Source: Candidatus Iainarchaeum sp.
Lineage (GTDB): Archaea > Iainarchaeota > Iainarchaeia > Iainarchaeales > CSSED10-239
Length of the DNA: 32,000 bases
Direction: 5' to 3'
Assembly (NCBI GenBank): GCA_037441475.1
Contig: JBBISB010000001.1
Coordinates: 306,418-338,417, forward strand
The position numbers and the translations under genes are program-made. How positions within the stretch are numbered: position 1 is the stretch's first letter; the number at the start of each line of letters is the position of its first letter. This document shows positions 25,928 to 32,000 of the stretch, piece after piece. The notes under the pieces were generated by a model. It had not been told where the DNA came from. It searched no databases and saw only the letters and a program-made list of their open reading frames with translations.

Positions 25928-26956
25928 CTAAACATAGACAATAAAAAATAAAACTAAAGAGATTAAAGAAATTACTCCTTGGATAATATAGAAAGTAAAA
26001 ACTAATTTTTTTTCAGTAAACTTTCCTTTACTTAAGATAAAGTGAGTTAAAGAACCACCTTTAGGGTTTGCATCAAGTATGCCGTTCTTTTTAATAACTC
26101 CAAAACACTCTGTCTTAAACTTATGTTTTGCTTTTATAACAAACTCAATAATGAATAATATAATAACAAAAGCAACTAATAACTCTAAGCCTAAAACAAT
26201 TGCTGATATACCTACTAAAGCACCATTTGTTAGGGTTAAAATATCTCCAGGAAATATCTTTGCAGGAAATTTATTAAACCTTAAGAAACCTAATAAAGCA
26301 CCAATCCAGGCAAACAAGATTATTAATAAAGTATAGTTTCCACTCATTAAAGAAAATATTGAAAGTGTTAAAAAAATAATAATCCCCATTCCTGCTTCAA
26401 GACCATTAAACCCAGCTAAAAGATTTAAAGCATTTGAAGTTGCTGTTAAAGCAATTGGGATTAAAATAAAGGCATAGATAAGTCCAACATTTAAAACACC
26501 TATTAAAGGAATGTAAATAGAAGTTATATCATATATTAAAGCATAGATAACCATTGGTATTGAAAAGAAAATTGGGTATAGGAAATGTTGAATCTGGCTG
26601 ATTCCTTTTTTCCAACCTAATATATCATCAATAAAGCCTACAAAGAAGATTAAGAATAAAACTATTAATATTAAACTAAAAGGAATAATATCTATCATTG
26701 AAAAGTTTAAATTAAAGATAATAATTAATATGAAGTTTAATAAAAATACAAATAAAACAGACAAAATAAAACTTAAGAAAACAGGAATACCCCCAAGCTC
26801 ACAAACCAAGGGCTTACTGTATTTATTCATGTCTTTTCCTTGAAAGGATGTTTTTGAGATTATTCTTATAAAGATTTGAACTAAGAATAATGCTAAGAAT
26901 AAAGAAAAAACAAAAGACAAAGATAATAAAATAAAATAAATCAATAATGGGTCCAT
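25928..26956 (-). CDS. Glycosyltransferase family 4 (UDP-GlcNAc:dolichyl-P/undecaprenyl-P type, AglH/MraY-like)
   Basis: FFVGFIDDILGWKKGIS, ATSNALNLLAGFNGLEAG, KIFPGDILTLTNGALVGIS; multi-TM. Confidence 0.88.
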   Translation of the reverse strand: MDPLLIYFILLSLSFVFSLFLALFLVQIFIRIISKTSFQGKDMNKYSKPLVCELGGIPVFLSFILSVLFVFLLNFILIIIFNLNFSMIDIIPFSLILIVLFLIFFVGFIDDILGWKKGISQIQHFLYPIFFSIPMVIYALIYDITSIYIPLIGVLNVGLIYAFILIPIALTATSNALNLLAGFNGLEAGMGIIIFLTLSIFSLMSGNYTLLIILFAWIGALLGFLRFNKFPAKIFPGDILTLTNGALVGISAIVLGLELLVAFVIILFIIEFVIKAKHKFKTECFGVIKKNGILDANPKGGSLTHFILSKGKFTEKKLVFTFYIIQGVISLISLVLFFIVYV

Positions 26957-26963
26957 AAATTAA

Positions 26964-28907
26964 TCACTCTTTTAAGTATTCTTTATTTACTTGGTATATT
27001 CTTACATTTCCATTTTCATAAACTTTAGAAAATATTTTTTTATATTCTTCTTCTCCAAACCATATTTTTGAAAATGCAGAGTTGTTTGCAGGTGTGTTAA
27101 GATAAATAATCTTTGAGCTATCTGGCAGACGATATATGAATATAGGGATACCGTTAATAACATCTATTGGTTTATCTGTCCAGGTTGTTGGAATTTTTTT
27201 CATATTCTCTTCTGGCAAAATATTTTCTCCACACTTGTATGCAAGCCTTCCATCACCTACAGAGCCAGGGTAACAATCTACAAAAAAGGAAATGTATCTT
27301 GTAATTCTTGGGTCTTGATAGTTAATGGTTAAGAAACCATAGGAACCAAAGGAAGAGTATCTGTTAAAGTAACCATTTTCAGCTATAAAGTAATCTGTAT
27401 CATACTTAAGCATGGTTTCTTTTGTAACATTTAAGTCTTCATTTAAAATAAATATACCAAAGTCACTATTTGCTTCCATCTTTGAATTGGTGTTATCTGA
27501 ACTTGCCTTCCTTTCTGTAAAGTAAGTTATCCAGTGACCATAATCCCACCAATTGAATATCTTTGCATATTCTGGAGTGTTTTCAGATATCCAAAAGATT
27601 GATTCTCTCCAATCTGTTTTTTCAACAATATGTGGTACTTTAGTGTATACTTCATGTGTTCCTACTGCAATTGAGGATAATAGAAGTAAACCTATAAATA
27701 TTGCAAAAAACCTTTGTGCAAAAACACTTTTATTTTTAGAAATCCATTCATCTAAAATGAAGAATAAAAATCCTGTTGCAACAGCTATCGGTATTCCAAA
27801 ATAAAAGGTAAACTTTAATTTTGACCAAGCCATAAGTAAAGTTATTAATATCCAAAAGAAAAGTATTAAGGTTAATGGGTCTTTTCTTTTTGAGAAAAGT
27901 AAATAAAATGGCATTAACAAAAGCACAACAAAAGGAACCCATATCAAGAAACTATACTTGTATAAAAAGAATTTTTTACCAGCATTCTCTTCACCAACTG
28001 AAACTGCTAAGACATCTGTCTCTGCAACTTGTGCAGTATTATTTAATTTATCTATATTTCCTTTTGTTATTGGTATATTATAAACAACATAGCTTGTGGT
28101 TGTCTTAAACCAGCCTGGTTGAGCAATGGTTGCAAGAACTGCAAACACAACTAAGGATATTATTACTGTTTTTGCAAACAAAGCAATGTCCTTGTTTGAA
28201 TAATTTTTATATGCCATATAAAATAGATTTGCAATAAAGTAGGCGCCAACTATTAATGGAACTAATAAAAAGGCAGACCAGGTAAAGGACATAAGCCCAA
28301 AGAAAACACCAGATATAACAGCATATGTTAAATGTTTTTTGTAATTATGAATATTTTTCACAGCTTTTACTAAGAAGATAAAACCTATAATCAACCATAA
28401 GAAACCCAAGGCATCCTCTTCAAAGAAACCAGCCATGGTTCTGTAAACAAAAGCAGGTATTGTTGCAGTAACAATTGCCATTACAAAACCAACCTTTCGA
28501 TTGTATATTTCTTTTCCTAAAAAATACATGGCAACAGTTATTAAGGCACCAAATATTGCTGGAAGAAACCTTGCAAACTCCATTAAAAGTTGTTTGTTAA
28601 AGGGTGCACCTAAGGTAAAGAGAATATATAAAAATGATGTAAAGTACCATACAAAGGGAGGCCAACTAGTTAAAGGAGTTCCTCCTTGAGCATAAAAGCC
28701 TAAAGGGTCATAATCAGGTAAGTCTCCTTGAAGAACATACCCAGTCATCCTTAAGTGCCAATATGTATCAAACTCAAACATATTGTCATACTTTAAAAGA
28801 TGTCCTCTAACAGCAAAGGCCATAACAAAAATAAGAATAATAAGCATTAACCTTTTGTGTTTAGTAAAAAATTTTTCAAAACCACTTTCTGTATTACTAT
28901 CAATCAT
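26964..28907 (-). CDS. aglB: STT3/AglB-type oligosaccharyltransferase catalytic subunit
   Basis: FEFDTYWHLRMTGY, MAGFFEEDALGFLW, catalytic-region motif KIFNWWDYGHWITYFTER. Confidence 0.97.
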   Translation of the reverse strand: MIDSNTESGFEKFFTKHKRLMLIILIFVMAFAVRGHLLKYDNMFEFDTYWHLRMTGYVLQGDLPDYDPLGFYAQGGTPLTSWPPFVWYFTSFLYILFTLGAPFNKQLLMEFARFLPAIFGALITVAMYFLGKEIYNRKVGFVMAIVTATIPAFVYRTMAGFFEEDALGFLWLIIGFIFLVKAVKNIHNYKKHLTYAVISGVFFGLMSFTWSAFLLVPLIVGAYFIANLFYMAYKNYSNKDIALFAKTVIISLVVFAVLATIAQPGWFKTTTSYVVYNIPITKGNIDKLNNTAQVAETDVLAVSVGEENAGKKFFLYKYSFLIWVPFVVLLLMPFYLLFSKRKDPLTLILFFWILITLLMAWSKLKFTFYFGIPIAVATGFLFFILDEWISKNKSVFAQRFFAIFIGLLLLSSIAVGTHEVYTKVPHIVEKTDWRESIFWISENTPEYAKIFNWWDYGHWITYFTERKASSDNTNSKMEANSDFGIFILNEDLNVTKETMLKYDTDYFIAENGYFNRYSSFGSYGFLTINYQDPRITRYISFFVDCYPGSVGDGRLAYKCGENILPEENMKKIPTTWTDKPIDVINGIPIFIYRLPDSSKIIYLNTPANNSAFSKIWFGEEEYKKIFSKVYENGNVRIYQVNKEYLKE

Positions 28908-29077
28908 TTTTAATTTCCCTATCTAAATTTATAAATTATATTATATATATGTAGGGAAATATATTAAAAGTTATTTAATTTTAAAAAACTAGAAAATTTA
29001 TTAAAATATATCTAAACAGCGATTAAATTATATTTTTAGTTTGTAAAAAATTGAATTATTTATTTTAAAAAAGATTT

Positions 29078-29131
29078 TTATATTACAAAGAAAAATAATT
29101 TTAATTATATTACAAAGAAAAATAATTTTAA
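29078..29131. repeat. Perfect 2 x 27-nt tandem repeat (TTATATTACAAAGAAAAATAATTTTAA)
   Basis: Direct reading of the two adjacent copies, 29078..29104 and 29105..29131. Confidence 0.9.
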
Positions 29132-29189
29132 CTGTAGAAAAAAGTTACTTTAAAAAAAATAGCTTTTAATAATTCTTTTTTATAAAATA

Positions 29190-29205
29190 TTTAAAAAAAA
29201 GAAAG
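29190..29205 (-). terminator. Poly-T terminator after 5S rRNA
   Basis: Minus strand reads CTTTCTTTTTTTTAA just downstream of the 5S 3' end. Confidence 0.5.
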
Positions 29206-29212
29206 TATATAA

Positions 29213-29330
29213 TGTTAGCAGCTTAAATGACGCAGCTAGCGTGAACTAACAACATACAAAAACGGCAATAGACTTAACTTCTGGGTTCGGAAAGGGTCCA
29301 GGTGTTTCTCCATTCCTATGGCCGCTAACA
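29213..29330 (-). rRNA. 5S ribosomal RNA
   Basis: Minus strand TGTTAGCGGCCATAGGAATGG...CTTTCCGAACCCAGAAGTTAAGTC...AGCTGCTAACA; ends pair to form helix I (GTTAGCGGC/GCTGCTAAC). Confidence 0.93.
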
Positions 29331-29348
29331 TAAATAATATGTATGGCA

Positions 29349-29362
29349 AGGTTTATAAATAG
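29349..29362 (-). promoter_or_regulatory. TATA-box promoter of 5S rRNA
   Basis: Minus strand CTATTTATAAACCTTG, TATA centred about 24 nt upstream of the inferred 5S 5' end. Confidence 0.55.
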
Positions 29363-29384
29363 ATCTTTTTAACCTAAAAAGACC

Positions 29385-29990
29385 TTATTTCTTCTTAACA
29401 ACCTTCTTTGCAGGTTTCTTTACAGAAGTATCATCTAATGATTCTTCAAGCTCTGAGTTGTTGTCTGAAAGTAATTTTCTTACAACAGTAATACTCTTCT
29501 TAATATCAGCTTCAGACTTTGCACCAGCACAAATCATCTTTCCATTCTTGAAAAGAAGGATTGTTACCTTAGGGTTATGAATTCTTATGATTGCTCCAGG
29601 GAATTGTTCTGGTTCATACTCAATATCATCTAAAGTTACTGCTGCTTGGAAAAGATCAACTGGCCTATTAAGGTTTGAAGTTGCAACTAAATTTACAATA
29701 TTGTACTCAACTGTCTTCTTTATCTTAACTTCCTTTTGAATCTCGTTTATTAGTTTTGTTGCTTTTTTAATACCTGCAACAATATCCTCTTCTGTTGATG
29801 CTCCTGAGATTATTAATTTTCCATTCTTGAAAAGCAATAAAGTTACCTTTGGTTCTTTTAATTTAAAGATTGCACCAGGGAATTGTTCTGGTTCATACTC
29901 TACATCTGGTATTGCGGCTGCAAGATTATAAAGATCTAAAGTTGTTTCTAGATTTGAAGATGCTACTAAATTTTGAATTTTATATGTCAT
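29385..29990 (-). CDS. tbp: TATA-box binding protein (TBP) with charged C-terminal tail
   Basis: Two repeats with IQNLVASSNL...YEPEQFPGAIFKLKEPKVTLLLFKNGKLIISGA and IVNLVATSNL...YEPEQFPGAIIRIHNPKVTILLFKNGKMICAGA; start trimmed to ATG at 29990. Confidence 0.97.
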   Translation of the reverse strand: MTYKIQNLVASSNLETTLDLYNLAAAIPDVEYEPEQFPGAIFKLKEPKVTLLLFKNGKLIISGASTEEDIVAGIKKATKLINEIQKEVKIKKTVEYNIVNLVATSNLNRPVDLFQAAVTLDDIEYEPEQFPGAIIRIHNPKVTILLFKNGKMICAGAKSEADIKKSITVVRKLLSDNNSELEESLDDTSVKKPAKKVVKKK

Positions 29991-30240
29991 AAAATTATCA
30001 CCTGTTTTATATGTATTAAATCTACATATATAGTGTAACAAAACATTTAAAAAGGGGTTTTTAAAAGAATATAAAGAAAAGTTGTTTTATACAAAACATC
30101 CTTTTAAGAATCTATTTTAAAACATATCTGTTCTATTAATATATATAATTTAACACTATAGATTTTGGTATTTATTAGTATAGACACTAATTTTAGTTAT
30201 TTCAAAATCTTTATATAAAATATAAAAAAGGTAATTAAAT

Positions 30241-30573
30241 ATGTCAGGTAAAAAAGCAAAAGGAAAAAGAGCAAAAACAAGAAGTTTAATGAGAAGAAAC
30301 GTTAGAGCAAAGACAACAGTTAATGAAATATTAAAACCAGTTGCTGTTGGAGATACTGTTCAAGTAAATATTAATAGTTCAAAACACGGTGGACTTCCTC
30401 ATAAAAGAATGCAAGGTAAGACTGGAACTGTTGTAAGATTCCAAGGAAAAGCACCTGTTTTAGAAGTTTATGACGGAAACTTAAAGAAAACAGTTATTAC
30501 AGAAAGAGTTCATTTAAAACCAATTAAGAACATACCTAAAACAAAAATACCTGTTAAAAAGGTGAAAAAATGA
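30241..30573 (+). CDS. rpl21e: Ribosomal protein eL21
   Basis: GDTVQVNINSSKHGGLPHKRMQGKTGTVVRFQGKAPVLEVYDGNLKKTVITERVHLKPIK. Confidence 0.96.
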   Translation: MSGKKAKGKRAKTRSLMRRNVRAKTTVNEILKPVAVGDTVQVNINSSKHGGLPHKRMQGKTGTVVRFQGKAPVLEVYDGNLKKTVITERVHLKPIKNIPKTKIPVKKVKK

Positions 30574-30893
30574 ATTATAAGTATGTTGAAGATGTAACTT
30601 TAAATGAAGTTAAAAAAACTTTAACTGAAAGAGCAAAAGAAAAAGAACTTAACTTTGAACAAAAGCATGCTTTAGAACATGCAAAATTGTTTGCAAGCCT
30701 TACACCTGCAACTGCAGAGAAACTTAAAAAAAGTTTAATGGACATTGATATTTCAGATGAACTTGCAACTAAGATAGTTGATATTGTTCCTAATGCTCTT
30801 GAATTAAATTTAATTTTAGAGAAAGAAAAAGATGTTGATGAAGAAAAGAAACAAGAAATCTTAGACATCTTAAAAAAGTATAATAAAGAGTGA
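30570..30893 (+). CDS. rpoF: DNA-directed RNA polymerase subunit F (Rpo4)
   Basis: Rpb4/RpoF-like sequence KYVEDVTLNEVKKTLTERAKEKELNFEQKHALEHAKLFASLTPATAEKLKKSL.., between eL21 and DUF655 as is typical. Confidence 0.9.
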   Translation: MNYKYVEDVTLNEVKKTLTERAKEKELNFEQKHALEHAKLFASLTPATAEKLKKSLMDIDISDELATKIVDIVPNALELNLILEKEKDVDEEKKQEILDILKKYNKE

Positions 30894-30903
30894 TATTTTT
30901 AAT

Positions 30904-31428
30904 ATGATAAAAAAAGAAGCAATAGTTTTAGACAAACTTAAAAAAGATATTAAGTTTAAGCAAACAGAGGTAATCCACTGTATCGGTATCTCTAACTTCT
31001 CTTTACTTGAGATTGTCACAGACATGCCTTCTAAACATCAAGATAAAATATCAACAGATGATTTAATGGTAAGAAGAATAACTTACAATAGATTATCAAA
31101 CGAAGGAAAAAAAGAACTTGAAAAAGCAGTTGAAACAATTGTTCTTGAAAATCCTTCAAAATTTATTAATTTTTTTAATACAGCAAAACCTATTGGACTT
31201 AGAAGACATCAGTTAGATCTTTTGCCAATGATAGGTGTAAAGCATAGAATGGCAATCATCGAACATTTAAAGAAAAAAGGTAAGTTTACTTCTTTTGAAG
31301 ATATTAGAAACATAGAAATGATGCCTGATCCAGTTAAAGTAGTTGTAAATAGAGTTGTTGATGAGATTATGGGTGGACCAGAAATTAAGTTTAACTTATT
31401 TACAATGCCTTTTTTAATAAAAAAATAA
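30904..31428 (+). CDS. DUF655-family RNA/DNA-binding protein
   Basis: IGISNFSLLEIV..., RITYNRLSNEGKKELEKAVE.IV..NPSKFINFFNTAKPIGLRRHQLDLLPMIGVKHRMAIIEHLKKKGKFTSFEDI. Confidence 0.92.
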   Translation: MIKKEAIVLDKLKKDIKFKQTEVIHCIGISNFSLLEIVTDMPSKHQDKISTDDLMVRRITYNRLSNEGKKELEKAVETIVLENPSKFINFFNTAKPIGLRRHQLDLLPMIGVKHRMAIIEHLKKKGKFTSFEDIRNIEMMPDPVKVVVNRVVDEIMGGPEIKFNLFTMPFLIKK

Positions 31429-31444
31429 AGAGTAGACTTTATTT

Positions 31445-32000
31445 ATGCAAAAAGAAATATACAGACTAATGCTTATTTATGGATTTAAACCAAATCACAA
31501 GTATGATCAAAACTTTATTATTGATAAAAACATAATAAATAAAGTGATTGAAACCATAAAACCAGATAAAAAAGAAACTGTTTTAGAGATAGGTCCTGGT
31601 TTAGGGTTTGTTACAAAAGAACTTGTTAATAACTTTAAAAAAGTAATTGTAATTGAAAAAGATCCAATAATGGTTGATATCTTAAGAAAAGAAATTACTA
31701 AAAATAATCTTGAAATTATTAATGATGATTTTTTAAATGTAGATTTAAGTAAACTTAAGTTTGATAAGATTGTAGGGTTTATCCCTTACTCAATATCCTT
31801 AAAGATTATAGAAAAAATAATTGCAACAAAACCAGCATGCTTAGTTGTTCAAAAAGAATTTGCAGAAAAACTCGCAGCTTTTGAAGGTTTTGCAAATTTT
31901 GTATCAATTACTGTTCTTGCACAAACCTATTCTGATATTAAGCTTATTAAAAATATTAAAAAAGGCTCTTTCTTTCCAAAACCAAAAGTTGAATCAGCTA
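31445..32000 (+). CDS. rsmA: RsmA/KsgA/Dim1-family rRNA adenine dimethyltransferase, truncated by window edge
   Basis: Manual translation MQKEIYRLMLIYGFKPNHKYDQNFIIDKNIINKVIETIKPDKKETVLEIGPGLGFVTKELV...VIEKDP...NDDFLNVDLSKLKFDKIVGFIPYSIS; follows DUF655. Confidence 0.93.
   Translation, partial: MQKEIYRLMLIYGFKPNHKYDQNFIIDKNIINKVIETIKPDKKETVLEIGPGLGFVTKELVNNFKKVIVIEKDPIMVDILRKEITKNNLEIINDDFLNVDLSKLKFDKIVGFIPYSISLKIIEKIIATKPACLVVQKEFAEKLAAFEGFANFVSITVLAQTYSDIKLIKNIKKGSFFPKPKVESA

Noticed and set aside
26079-28689. Several plus-strand and alternate-frame ORFs over the GT4 and aglB genes
   Set aside because: All overlap clear conserved membrane enzymes and have no recognisable domains.
29991-30041. 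17-aa N-terminal extension of TBP in the ORF track
   Set aside because: Not TBP-like; MTYKIQNLVASSNL at 29990 is the expected start.
30575-30868. 97-aa minus ORF antisense to rpoF
   Set aside because: Ser/Phe-rich mirror of a Lys/Glu-rich conserved gene.
1-32000. CRISPR array, tRNA genes, transposase or toxin-antitoxin/defence island
   Set aside because: No spaced palindromic repeat series, no GTTCRANNC-type tRNA arm in a cloverleaf context, and no recognisable transposase or defence gene seen on either strand. A tRNAscan-SE/CRISPR search would be needed to be certain.

Overview
AT-rich archaeal chromosomal window, probably from a reduced-genome (DPANN-like) archaeon; that placement is inferred from gene content and style, not tested. 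Main content: (1) a minus-strand ribosomal operon, uL3-uL4-uL23-uL2-uS19-uL22-uS3-uL29-eIF1/SUI1-Rpp29 (partial); (2) a secreted pair, an extremely Tyr-rich 131-aa protein followed by a 1034-aa membrane-anchored surface protein with five Cys-bounded modules; (3) a plus-strand trio of small charged coiled-coil proteins converging on an archaeosortase-like membrane protein; (4) eS8, a probable KEOPS Cgi121 subunit, and a split Hef system (ERCC4-type nuclease, DUF5680-like protein, Hef/FANCM-like helicase), in which the nuclease DxRE motif lies in a different frame from the rest; (5) uL1-uL10-P1 stalk genes; (6) enolase; (7) a tight six-gene operon: NYN/PIN-like nuclease, DUF2226-like, roadblock/LC7-like, MinD with a bacterial-type C-terminal amphipathic tail, Sm/LSm, and a membrane protein with a similar FFKRLF motif; (8) Nre DNA-repair protein; (9) UbiA, GPT-like GT4 and STT3/AglB genes; (10) 5S rRNA, TBP, eL21, RpoF, DUF655 and partial RsmA/KsgA. 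I saw no CRISPR, tRNA, transposase or recognisable defence island. The best candidates for undescribed biology are the MinD/roadblock/NYN operon, the surface protein pair, the split and frameshifted Hef nuclease, and an unexplained 14-bp repeat pair. All family assignments come from reading motifs by eye, with no database search.
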